From NCBI GenBank assembly GCA_051530055.1, contig JBMGUZ010000004.1, positions 1-64,000 of the forward strand: DNA of 64,000 nucleotides. The letters run 5' to 3'. Origin of the DNA: Neoechinorhynchus agilis. Taxonomy: Eukaryota > Animalia > Acanthocephala. The notes below the pieces were generated by a model, which was given only the letters and a program-made list of their open reading frames with translations, made no database searches and was not told the DNA's origin. The position numbers were made by a program, and so were the translations under genes. Positions 1 through 11,978 of the stretch are shown here, piece by piece; within the stretch, counting starts at the first letter, position 1, and each line of letters starts with the position of its first letter.

Positions 1-199
1 TTTTCCTATCGTTACCTTTTATTCAATCCACAATATCATACTCCACAGCGATTTTAGGATCAAGTACTACATGCTGAGTATTCTCTAAGGTTGGTTGGTA
101 CCAAATCCCAAGTAATTGTCGAAATATTCGCAGTGACCGCTTCACTATCCGATTTCAGTAAACCTTTAATATGTTTCCTAGAATTCACCTTTGAATAGA

Positions 200-1885
200 T
201 GTACTATTCGCATCGGAAATCGCATTATCATATTAGGTCAATATTCACAAGAGTGAAAGATCAATAAATTTGCAAGATTCACTAAAATTAAATAACATCA
301 TTAAAATTAGCGCGTCAAATATGCTCACACTAATATATCATTTTGATACCACTTTTAAGCACCATGGATGTAATTCAGGTGTCTTATATGAGCAAGAATC
401 TTAAAACAAAGTGTCACAATTTAACAAGCAACAAGAAGCTGTTATTGCAGGTGTATTCAGCATAAAAAGTAGATCTAGAATAGCTACTTTGATCAGAAAT
501 TTATTGACGTTTAAATATCGATTAACAAGGTTACAAGTCTACGAATTGAACAACGAATAACTCAAGAATAATGAAAGCTATCGCAGATCTCAATACAGAG
601 TTGGAATCAGCGCGTGAAGAAGTACTAAAGGAACTGATTTAGGAAACTATAGCTTTATTATTCACGTCGGTAATCGCATGATCAAATTTGGTCAAAAGTC
701 ACAAGAGTGAACGACCACTAAATTTGCAAGATTACCTAAAATTGGATAACACCATTGAAATCAGCGCGTAGATATGCTCAAACTGATATATCATTTTGTT
801 ACCACTTTTAAGCACCATGAATAAAATTCAGGTGTCTTATATGAACAAGAATCTGAACACTTAGTGTCAAAATTTAATAAGAACAAAAAGCCGTTATTGC
901 AGGTGTATTCAGCATCAAAAGTACATTTAGAAAAGTTAATTTCATCTGAAATTTATTGATGTTGTAATATCAATAATCAAGGTTTTAAGTCTCAGAATTG
1001 AACAACGAATAACTCAAGAACCATTATAGCTATGGCAGATCTGAATGCAGATTTAGAATCAGCGCGTAAGGATGAACTAAATTAACAGATTTAGGAAACT
1101 ACAGCTTCATTATTCACGTCGATAATCGCATGGCCATAGTTGGTGAAAAGTCACAAGAGTTAAAGATCACTAAATTTGCAAGATTTATTAAAATTGGACA
1201 ACGCCATTGAAATCGGCGCGTCAGATATGCTTAAACTGATATATCATTTTGTTACCACTTTTAAGCACCATGGATGTAATTCAGGTGTCTTATATGAACA
1301 AGAATCTGAAAATTTAGTGTCAAAATTTAACAAGAACAAGAAGCCGTTACTGCGGGTGTATTCAGCATCCAAAGTAGATCTAGAAAAGTTAATTTGATCT
1401 TAAATTTATTGATGTTTTAATATCAATATTCAAGGTTATAAGTCACAAAATTGAACAACGAATAACTCAAGAACCATGACAGCCATCGCAGATCTGAATA
1501 CAGATTTGGAATCAGCGCGTAAAGATGTACTAAATGAACTGATCTAGGAAACTACAGCTTTATTATTAACGTCGGTAATCGCATGATCATATTTGGTCAA
1601 AAGTCACAAGAGTGAAAGATCACTAAATTTGTAAGATTCATTAAAATTGGATAACACCATTGAAATCAGCGCGTCAGATATGCTCAAATTGACATATCAT
1701 TTTGTTACAACTTATAAGCACCATAGATATAATTCAGGTGTCTTATATGAACTAGAATCTTAAAACTTAGTGTAAAAATTTAAAAAGCAACAAGATGCCG
1801 TTATTGCAGCTGTATTCAGCATCAAAAGTAGATCAATAAAAGTTAATGGGATCTGAAATTTGTTGATGTTTTAATATCAATAATC
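200..1885 (+). repeat. ~453-bp tandem satellite, ~3.7 units
   Basis: CACAAGAGT..AAGATCACTAAATTTG recurs at 246, 700, 1152 and 1605 (spacing 452-454). Confidence 0.92.
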
Positions 1886-1889
1886 AAGA

Positions 1890-4800
1890 AACAAAATGAT
1901 CTTTACTATAATTAAGACGCGCTTTTGGAAAACATTATCAGTCAAATATAAACTCGAGATTTAAAAACGCATTCGTGTATTCACTATTAGTGCTTCGCTT
2001 TAATTTAGACGCGCATTTGGAAAACGTTATCAATCAAATAAAAACAAGAGATTGCAAAATGCATACGTGAACTGCGTCTTTGAACTTCAGTTTAATTTTG
2101 AAACGCCTTTGGAAAACATTATCAACCAAATAAAAACAAGTGATTTGAAAACGCATTCGCGCACTCAATCTTAGTACTTCGTTTTAATTTACAAGCGCTT
2201 TTGGAAAACATCATCAATTAAATAAAAACTCGAGATTTGAAAACGCATTCGTGTAGTCACTCTTAGATCCTTACGTTAATTTAGACGCGATTTTGGAAAA
2301 CATTATCAATCAAATAAAAAAAGACGTAAAAAACGCTTTAGTTTACTCACTTGTTGTGTTTCACTTTAATTTAGACGCGCTTTTGGAAAACATTATCAAT
2401 CAAATAAAAACAAGAGACTACAAAATGCATACGTGTACTCACTCTTAGATCCTAACTTTAATTTAGACGCGCTTTTTGAAAACATTATCAATCAAATAAA
2501 AAGAAGAGATTACAAAATGGATAACTCAGACGCGCTATTGAAAAACATTATCAACCATATAAAAACAAGAGATTACAAAATGCATTCGTGTTCTCACCCA
2601 AAGATCCTGACTTCAATTTCGACGCGCTCATGGAAAACCTCATCAATACAACAAAAACAAGAGATATGAAAACGCATTCGTGTACTCACTCTTACTGCCT
2701 CGCTTTAATTTAGACGCACTTTTAGAAAACATTATCCATCAAATAAAAATTCGAGATTTTAAAACGCATTAATGTACTAACTCTTAGTGATTCGCTTTAA
2801 TTTAGACGCGCTTTATGAAAACATTATCAATACAATTAAAACAAGAGATTTGAAAACGCATTCTTGTATTCACTCTTAGTGCCTTGCTTTAATTTAGACG
2901 CGCTTTTGGAAAACCTTATCAATTAAAAAAATCTCGAAATTTGAAAACGCATTCGTGTGCTCACTCTTAGTGCTTCACTTTAATTTAGACGCGCTTTTGG
3001 AAAACATTATCAATTAAATATTATCTCGATATTTGAAAACGCATTCGTGTGCTCGCTCTTAGTGCTTCACTTAAATTAGACTCGCTTTTGGAAAAAATTA
3101 TCAATCAAATAAAAACACGAGATTACAAAATGCATGACGCACTTCTTGAAAACACTATCAATCAAATGAAAAGTCGAAATTTTAAAACGCATTCGTGTAC
3201 TCACTCTAAGTGCTTAATTAAATTAGACGCGTTTTGAAAAACATTATCAATCAAATAAACACAAGAGATTACAAAATTCATACGTGTACTCACCCTTAGA
3301 TCTTTACTTTAATTTAGTCGCGCTTTTGCAAAACATTATCAATTGAATAAAATCTCGAATTTTGAAAATGCATTCGTGCACCCGCTCTTAGTGCTTAATT
3401 AAATTAGAAGCGTTTTGGAAAACACTATCAATGAAATAAAAACAAGAGATAACAAAACTCATACGTGTACTCACTCTTAGATCTTTACTTAAAATTGGAC
3501 GCGCTTTTGGAAAACCTTATCAATCAAAAAAAATTCGAAATTTGAAAACGCATTCGTGTGCTCACTATTAGATCTTTACTTTAATTTAGGCGCGCTTTTG
3601 GAAAACATTATCAATCAAATAAAAACAAGAGATTACAATATTTATACGTGTACTCACTCCTAGATCTTTACTTCAACTCAGACGCGCTTTTGGAAAACAT
3701 TATCAATATAATAAGATCTCGAAATTTTAAAACGCATTCGTGTACTCAATCTAAGTGCTTCACCTAAATTAGACGCGCTTTTGGAAAACATTATCGACCA
3801 AATAAGAACAAGAGATAACAAAATGCATACGTGTACTCTCTCTTAGATCTTTACTTTAATTCAGACGCGCTTTTGGAAAACATTATCAAATAAATAGTAT
3901 CTCGAAATTTGAAAACGCATTTGTGTGCTCGCTCTTCGTGCTACAGTTAAATGTGACGCGCTCTTCGAAAACATTATCAATCAAATAAAAACAAGAGATT
4001 AGAAAATTCATACGTGTACCCACTCTTAGATCTTTACTTTAATTTAGACACGCATTTGGAAAACATTTTCAATCAAATAAAAATTCGAAATTTAAAAACG
4101 TATTCGTGTGCTCAGTCTTGGTGCGTCACTAAAATTAGACGAACTTTTGGAAAACCTTATCAATCAAATAAAGATAAGAGTATACAAAATACATACGTGT
4201 ACTCAATCTCAGATTTTTGCTTTAATTTAGACGGGCTTTTGGAAAACATTGTCAATCATATAAAAACTATAAATTTGAAAACGCAATCGTGTGCTCACTC
4301 CTAGTGCTTCACTTTAATTAGACGAACTTTTGGAAAACATTATCAATCAAATCAAAAACAGGAGATTACAAAATTCATACGTGTACTCACTTTTAGATCT
4401 TTAATTTGACGCGCCTTTGGAAAACATTATCAATCAAATAAAATCTCGAAATTTGAAAACGCATTCGCGTGCTCACTCTCAGTGCTTCACTTTAATTTAG
4501 GCGCACTTTTGGAAAACATTATCCATCAAATAAGAACAAGAGATTAAAAAATTCATGCGTGTACTCACTCTTAGATCTCTACTTTAATTTAGACGCGCTT
4601 TGGGAAAACATTATCAATAAAATAATATCTCGAAATTTCAAAACGCATTCGTTTGCTCGCTCTAAGTTCTTCACTTAAGTTAGACGCGCTTTTCGAAAAC
4701 ACTATCAATCAAATATAAACAAGCGATTACAAAATGCATACTTGTACTCACTGTTAGATCTTTACTTTAATTTAGACGCGCTTTTGGAAACATTATCAAT

Positions 4801-6290
4801 CAAATAAAAACTCGAAATTTTAAAACGCATTCGTGTGCTCGCCCTTAGTGCTTCACTTAAATTAGACGCGCTTTTGGAAAACATTATCAATAAAATAAAA
4901 ACAAGAGATTACAAAATGCATACTTGTACTCACTGTTAGATCTTTACAATAAATTAGACGCGCTTTTGGAAAACATTATCAATCAAATAAAAATTCGAAA
5001 TTTGAAAACGCATTCGTGTGCTCACTCTTAGTGCTTCACTTGAATTAGACGCGCTTTTTAAAAACATTGTCAATTAAATATTATCTCGAAATTATAAAAC
5101 GCATTCGTGTGCTCGATCTTAGTGCTTCACATAAATTAGACGCGCTCTAAGAAAACCTTGTCAATCAAATAAAAACAAGAGATTACAAAATGCATACGTG
5201 TACCCACTCTTAGATCTTTACTTTAATTTAGAAACGCTTTTGGAAAACATTATCAATTAAATAAAAATTCGAAATTTGAAAGCGCATTCGTGTGCTCACT
5301 TTTAGTGCTTCAGTTAAATTTGACGAACTTTTGGAAAACATTACCAATCAAATAAAAAAAAGCGATTTGAAAACGCATTCGTGTACTCACTGTTAGATCT
5401 TCACTTAAATTTAGACGCTCTTTTGGAAAAGATTATCAATCAAGTAAAAAAATAGATTGTAAAACGAATTAATGTACTAACTCTCAGTGCTTAACTTTAA
5501 TTTGGACGCGCATTTGAATAACATAGTCAATCAAATAAGAGCTCTTGATTAAAAAACGCATCCGTGCACACACTCATTGAACTTTACCTTAATTTAGACG
5601 CGTTTTTCGAAAACATTATTAATCAAATAAAAACTCGAGATTTGAAAACGCATTTGCGTGCATATTCTTGGCGGTTAACTTTAATTAAGACGCGCTTTTA
5701 TAAAATATTATCAATACAATAAAGACGAGATTTGAAGACGCATTCGTGTACTCACTCTCAGATCTTCACTTTAATTTAGGCGTGCTTTTAGAAAACATTA
5801 TCTATTCAATTAAAACTCGAGATTTGAAAACGCCTTCGTGTGGTAATTAGTTGTGATTCGCTTGAATTTGGACGCGCTTTTGGAAAACATTATCTATTCA
5901 ATTAAAACTAGAGATTTGAGAACGCATGCGTGGGCTAATTAGTTGTGCTTCGCTTGAGTTTGAATGCGCTTTTGGAAAACATTATCAATACAATAAAAAC
6001 AAGAGATTAAAAAACGCACTCGTACACTTACTCCAGCGCTTCACATTAATTTAGATGCGCTTTTTAAAACATCATCAATACAATAAAAACAAGAAACTTT
6101 AATACGCCTTCGTGTACTCACACCTAGTGCTTCGCTTTGACTTATACGCGCTTTTGAAAAACACTATCAATATAATAAAAACTGGAGATTTCAAAACGCA
6201 TTCGTGTACCCACTTTTAGTGCATCGGTGTAATTTAGAGGCGCTTGTGGAAAACTTAATAAATCAAATAAAAAAATCGAAATTTGAGCAG
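1890..6290 (+). repeat. 80-bp tandem satellite (~55 units) with a 160-bp A/B dimeric core at ~3240-5340
   Basis: TTTAATTTAGACGCGCTTTTGGAAAACATTATCAATCAAATAAAA repeats every ~80 bp; variants ACAAGAGATTAC..AGATCTTTAC and CTCGAAATTTG..GTGCTTCAC alternate. Confidence 0.95.
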
Positions 6291-7330
6291 TTATACCGAA
6301 CACAATCGGCACATTTAATAAACGACTACGCAGGCCCCTTATTTATTAAGAAAATAGCCGCCGCTTGGGACTTTTTGCCCACTGATTTCACTAAGATCGA
6401 TAGTAAGTGGAGAACGCGGCTTAAGAGCATATTGCAGCCGCCCCGACACGTTTCGGACGGTGCGTTCCACCTACCACTGTCTAGGTTATCGATCAATCTA
6501 CAACGAAATCATGACGATGCGCTTTAATTCCGTTCAAAAAGTGCTGGCCCGGTTTAATGGCCTTGTCAATGTCTCAAAGGAGGTAACGCAAATTAATAAG
6601 TTCCTCGAAGATCTAGGAATCAACGAACAATGCGGGAGCTTGAATGTCAATATAAACATTAATTCTTCTATTCACAGATCATTGATAAGTCTCTGGAAAG
6701 AGGCAATGACTCAAAGTCAAGGGCTCGACTGTTTCACGAATGGCATGTTCGAACGGAATTTAATCTCCTTCCGGTATCGGCAAGACCGGTACAGTTCATA
6801 TGTCGAACAAGTAAAGCTACGGCTTCAAATATTGGACGTAGGTTCGGTGTTGGCACGAATGGATCCCAAGCGGAATAAGTCATGTCGACACTGCACGGCT
6901 TCAGATGAGACACAAGTTCATGTGTTGAACATGTGCGACCACTCCTCAACATCGATATCCAAAAGACATGATCATGTGCAGAGTCGACTTACTTGGACAG
7001 TGAAGAAGAAACAAGGCGTAGACTTCGAGGTCGTCGAAAGAAATAGATTCCACGATTCGGCCGGCAATCTTTACAAGCCAGATCTTATCCTGCATGACAA
7101 GCGCAATGGTACAGTATATATTGCCGATATTGTGGTATATTATGAGACTAATGGTCACCGTGCCGAGGAAATAATGTATGAAAATGAAGCAAAGTATCGC
7201 CCAATTGTACCGGTAGTCGCGCAAATATACAATTTTAAAGAACATCAAGTGCGCACAATCGGTCTTGCAGTTGGGTCAAGAGGCACCTATAGCCATTGTC
7301 TTCTTAAGCGGCCACGGATCCTACACATAA
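6290..7330 (+). mobile_element. R2-clade non-LTR 3' fragment (RT thumb, CCHC finger, restriction-like endonuclease)
   Basis: TQSAHLINDYA, DGAFHLPLS, CRHC..HVLNMC, KRHD, KPDL..IADIVVYYE; colinear with ORF 12689-16030. Confidence 0.9.
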
Positions 7331-7334
7331 GCAT

Positions 7335-8380
7335 ACGTACTGCACGTAACGCTCCCATGACTATTCGAAATAGACATCTTCAAATACACTCAGATCTTGG
7401 CCACCCAGAGTCACCAGATTCTCACACTTTATCAAGGAAAACAACCTACCGTATACGATCGATGAAATACGACAAGTATGTTCCGAATGTCAAACGTGTT
7501 GCCGTATAAAACCAAGATTGCTAAAATCTAACAATCTTCACCTTGTTAAGGCAACAAAACCTTTCGAACGTTTATCCGTCGATTTTAAAGGCCCTTTGCC
7601 CTCAACTACAAATGGAATGGCTTATCTTTTCGTTTCTGTGGACGAATTCTAACGGTTCCCGATTGCTTTCGCTGCCAGAGACTGTTCTGCCGAAACTGTT
7701 AAATTATGTATACGGCAAATATTCGCCATTTTCGGTTGCCCTGCTTATGTTCACTCGGACAAAGGAGCTTCATTCGTATCTCTAAGCGTACGTTCATGGC
7801 TAAACAGCTTAAGAATCTGTATCAACAATACGACAGCATTTCATCCACAGGGAAACGGGCAGTGTGAGAGAACTAACGGGACAATCTGGAGGACAATTTA
7901 ACTCATGTTCGCCGACAAGAATCTACCGTCAAATCGATGGTCTGACGTCCTCCCCGAAGCCGTTTCCAGAATACGTTCCTTGCTGTGCACGAGTACGAAT
8001 GCGTCCCCTCATCAACGAACCCATTACCTTCCTGGATCACTGAAAATAGAAACGCGTATCTGAAAACCATGCCACAGCGATCGAAATACGACGATAAAGT
8101 ATCCGAAGTCGAGATTATTGAGGGAAATGAAAAATACGCCACAATCGAACATCCGAGCGGTCGCCAAGAGATTGTCTCCAGCCAACGACTAGCGCCTTTT
8201 GGAACGTACAACTTGGCCGAGGACACGAGGACAAGGAGGATCCAGGCAACTCTCAGTCTCCGATTGGTAACAATTCTAACAATTCCTCGCGTCCGACGAG
8301 TGAATTGGGATCCTGTTGGGTTCAAGAAGACGGACGAGATGTAAAAGGATCCTGCCGACTTCCGTTTTCAAACAAGGGGT
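7335..8380 (+). pseudogene. Ty3/Gypsy integrase remnant with polypurine tract
   Basis: Hand translation gives GHP-VTRFSHF..CSECQTC (Zn-binding), VDFKGP, HSDKG, GNGQCERTNG (DDE) with stops and a frameshift; AAACAAGGGG precedes TG at ~8385. Confidence 0.85.
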
Positions 8381-8384
8381 AAAT

Positions 8385-8529
8385 TGTGGTATATATTATC
8401 ATAATAAAAACACAATATCAATATGCACCCCAGTTGCATAATACGCTAACAGTGTGAATGCGTGACTGCGCGAACCGCTGGCATCGTTTAGTTTTTATTT
8501 GAAAATAAAGCCTGAAGTTTGGTATCAGA
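8385..8529 (+). repeat. Putative short LTR followed by PBS-like TGGTATCAGA
   Basis: Starts TGTGG right after the PPT, contains AATAAA; no terminal CA seen. Confidence 0.4.
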
Positions 8530-9110
8530 ATCAGCATTCGACCGTCTGAACCACAAATCCATTTTAAAAGCATTAAAGGACTACAAGTACCTAAAGCTAC
8601 CGTACGGCAAGACCACAAAGAAGATAAAGATAACGAGAGGTGTCTTTCAAGGTGATCCACTATCTCCGTTGCTATTTTGTTTAACGATCGACGCGGCACT
8701 TTCAAAAAACCCGAAAAGCCAATTTCGGCAAGAAGGCATTCTAAACCATCTGGCTTGCGCCAATGATGAAGTCCTCATTGCGAAAGACGCCAGTGACCTT
8801 CAAGCACAGTAGGACGCTCTTACAAGTGCACTGAAGCAAAGTGGACAACATCTAAGTGCAGAAAAATCATGTGCTTAAGCACAGGACTTTAAGGACGGTC
8901 GACTGCGCGAATTAACAGAAACGTGAATCCTGTTAGGATAGGGCTGTCTACAAAATATAACCAGCGATGCAATTTCAAGACCAACTAAATAAGTGACTTC
9001 TGAAGATTAACAGCGCGAGACTCAGACCCACTCAAAAAGTTAACTTGTTCAACGATTATGCGGTTCTAAAAATCATCCATCAACTGGGAAGTGAACCTCG
9101 CGTATACTTG
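8529..9110 (+). mobile_element. R2-clade RT fragment
   Basis: SAFDRLNH, GVFQGDPLSPLLF, degenerate YADD (CAND), PTQKVNLFNDYAV. Confidence 0.8.
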
Positions 9111-10600
9111 CCTCGCTCGCGTACAGACGCCTCGCTCACTTAATGACAAGATGCCTCCCCGCTTCCGAAATTACTTGGAACGCGAGCGTAAAATAATGCG
9201 CAATCACTCAGGGCAATCAATTCCCAGTTTTTGAAAGAATTCGAGGTCGATGCAGCTATTACTTACGATGTGGGAAGCCGATCAATTTCGAGTCAAATAC
9301 GTGTTCAAAGGCAAAGGAGTTAGGACTTCGAATTGTGGAACTTAGAAAGTCACGAACGATCGCGTTGTCCGCCGTTGCGTTTCATATTTTTGACAATCCG
9401 GCCTTCTTTCGAAAAGTTCATGCGCAACTGCTTGAAGAAATCGGAGCAAATCTATCATACTTCGAAAGTCTCTGTCAAGCACTGCCGGACGCAAACATTA
9501 CAATAGAAGATGTGATTGAAGCGATACAGAAATGCCAAGTGCTATCACAACAGTTTATATTATGGGCAGCTGCGTCCGCTTATGAATGCGACTTCGTTGT
9601 AAATGGGTCAAATACAAGTGCTCCTCTAAGGATTCGATCCAGAAAAATAGCCAAGGCAACAGAACAGGTCTTTATCCACGCGTTCGAGTCTGCGCTGTTA
9701 ATAACACGCAATCGAAGGACATGAGCAGACAGTGTAATAGAGCCTTATATTTCAACAATACTGCGCGGTCAGAAAACATTAATCCATTGACTGTGAACAA
9801 GCTTTACTGTGATCTCTTCCAAGGAACCTGCCAACAAAATTTTACCCAACACAGATTACATGACGATACCTCATCACATAAAAATTGACCGATTATTACA
9901 AATGAGGAAATCAAAAGTGCTATTTGAGGAATAAAACCAGGAAGTGCACTAGGGCCCGACAAAATATCGCTGCGAATTATAAAAGCATTTAATCGCGATC
10001 TTGTTGGTTTGACCGTTCTTTTTAACTCAATATTGCGACTAGAACATCCTAAAAAAGCATGGCTGGAGAAAAAACAATTCTCCTCCCAAAGAGCAAATGG
10101 AACTCACCGTCATATACATATCCAAAAATCTCTGAGATCGATCACTATATCTTCGATTTTGCTATGAACCTTCAATCGGATAATACTTGCAAGATTTCGA
10201 TCATAATGTCCAGTATTTGGACATCAAACCAGAATAGACAAAGAGCGACCCGGTGCTTTCCGCCCCTGTTCGTGTCCAAACGAGACCTCCATCCTATCAA
10301 CGAGTGTCCAAAAGTAATTGCTGCCATGATATACCGACAAGACGGAGTACTTCGCAGACTCAGATGGACCCTCTTGACAAAGTTCTTCGATGCCGTGGAA
10401 TTGGTCGAAAACTATAGGCTCCAAACCGTCGACGGAAAACCCCTCAAACGTGATCTTACCCTTCTTGACCGTCGGACAAATGAAGTCAAGGTCATTGATA
10501 TAGCAGTGTTATTGTGAAACTCACAAAGACCGGGGCGAAGAAGTGATGGCACATAAAGAGGATAAGTATAGAGCAATAATTCCTGCAGTGGCAAAGTATT
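9110..10600 (+). mobile_element. Internally deleted R2 copy (OTU-like region, RT N-terminus, endonuclease end)
   Basis: ELRKSRTIALSAVAFHIFDNP, SALGPDKIS, KTILLPK, DLTLLDRRTNEVKVIDIAV. Confidence 0.8.
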
Positions 10601-10619
10601 TTAAAGCAAATACCCACCT

Positions 10620-11110
10620 GCACTGGTCATTCTAAACTTTTAAACGAAAAGATTGCGGACGCGCAAGAGAAGAAAGCAATAATCGATGTAAATCATTGAA
10701 TTTGCAACAACCGGTGTCACGCAGGAGTGATGAATTCGATGAACGTGTTGCTTGCGATATATGCAATCCAATGATCTATGGCTTGGGTTTCTGCAGTGCA
10801 ATTGTCGACCGGTTAAAGAGGGACCACCAATCGTCGATTATCGCGGTTAAATACGGCTCGTGTCATAAAAATATAACGACGTGGTATCTGCACGCAGCCA
10901 TGTTAACCAATGTCGGGAAAAAGATGAATTAAAGAAAACGCAACCAATGGCAGAGCCGCAGTGTATCACTGCATCCTCAAATGCTATATCAATAATCCCC
11001 CGTCTGCCGTATGATTGAAGACCTCACGTTTTGTACAATACAAACTCAACGCAGGCGATCGACCTATTGAATGACTACGGAATTCCTCTCATGTAATCGC
11101 GAAGCTACAA
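10620..11110 (+). mobile_element. Degraded R2 pieces (N-terminal zinc finger; RT-thumb scrap)
   Basis: ACDICNPMIYGLG..DRLKRDHQ resembles ECSECYATFHG..DHLMHEHG; TQAIDLLNDYGIP at ~11045-11090. Confidence 0.5.
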
Positions 11111-11120
11111 AGTGCCCATG

Positions 11121-11261
11121 TGTAGTGATTTGCGTAGTGACGCAGATGCCATGATCTGCATAGTGACGCAAATACACATGATATATACAGTGGTAGTGAT
11201 AGCGTGCGATGGGAATATAAAAGTTATTGTAACTCTGCTCATGACATCTATTGGTGACAGC
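11121..11261 (+). repeat. Putative LTR (TGTAGT...GACA) plus PBS-like TGGTGACAGC
   Basis: TG...CA ends, TATA-like AATATAAAA, TGG-starting PBS-like motif 5 nt downstream. Confidence 0.4.
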
Positions 11262-11267
11262 CCATGG

Positions 11268-11920
11268 GAACAACATTTGGACATAGATCAGCCGATCTTA
11301 AGAAAACGTGCAAATTCGTGATTAAGCGTGTTGCATATCGCAATATAATCGAAAGGGAATCGGATTAATATTCGTGAGCCAGGATGCGGCTTATGCTTGA
11401 TCTATTCAGCAGGACGGTGGCCGCAGAAGTAGGAATCCGCTAAGGAGTGTGTAAAAACTCACCTGCCGAATCGACTGGCCCTGAAAATGGATGGCGCTGG
11501 GGACGTATATCCATGCTTGACCGTCAATTCCAGACACAAATGTACAAATGGCTTGACGTGTAGAAGGGCGTTTGCGGTGTTGAAACTTGCACCGTGAGGT
11601 GGAGTGGAGCCGCCGCTAGCGCAGATCTTGGTGGTAGTAGCAAGTATTCAAATGAGAGCATTGAAGACTGAAGTGGAGAAAGGTTCCTTGTGAACAACAT
11701 TTGGACATGGATCAGCCGATCCTAAGAAAACGTGCAAATTCGTGATTAAGCGCGTTGCATTGCGCAATACAATCGAAAGGGAATCGGGTTAATATTCAAG
11801 AGCCAGGATGCGGTTCATGCTTGATCTATTCAGATGCAATGTGATTTCTGCCCAATGCTCCGAATGTTAAAGTGAAGAAATTAATTTAAGTGCGGGTAAA
11901 CGGTGGACGTAACTATGACT
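11268..11920 (+). rRNA. 28S rRNA: Rearranged 28S rRNA fragments ending at the R2 upstream target
   Basis: CAGGACGGTGGCC..GGAATCCGCTAAGGAGTGTGT, GCAGATCTTGGTGGTAGTAGCAA, CGAAAGGGAATCGG, AATGTGATTTCTGCCC..GGGTAAACGGTGGACGTAACTATGACT; 11268-11408 is duplicated at ~11690-11833. Confidence 0.93.
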
Positions 11921-11978
11921 AATGACAACTCAACCAAATTTCACAAGTCCATAGTTATCTTCCCATTCTACCGAGAAC

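Noticed and set aside
2433-4304. Short ORFs in the satellite (and fused ORF 6204-6527)
   Set aside because: They are translations of an 80-bp repeat whose frame shifts every unit; 6204-6527 simply reads across the satellite-R2 junction.
1890-6290. CRISPR-like regular repeats
   Set aside because: Whole 80-bp units repeat with no unique spacers, there are no cas genes, and the context is eukaryotic.
11268-11920. Functional rDNA unit
   Set aside because: The fragments are short, duplicated, deleted or inverted, and no 18S, 5.8S or ITS is seen.
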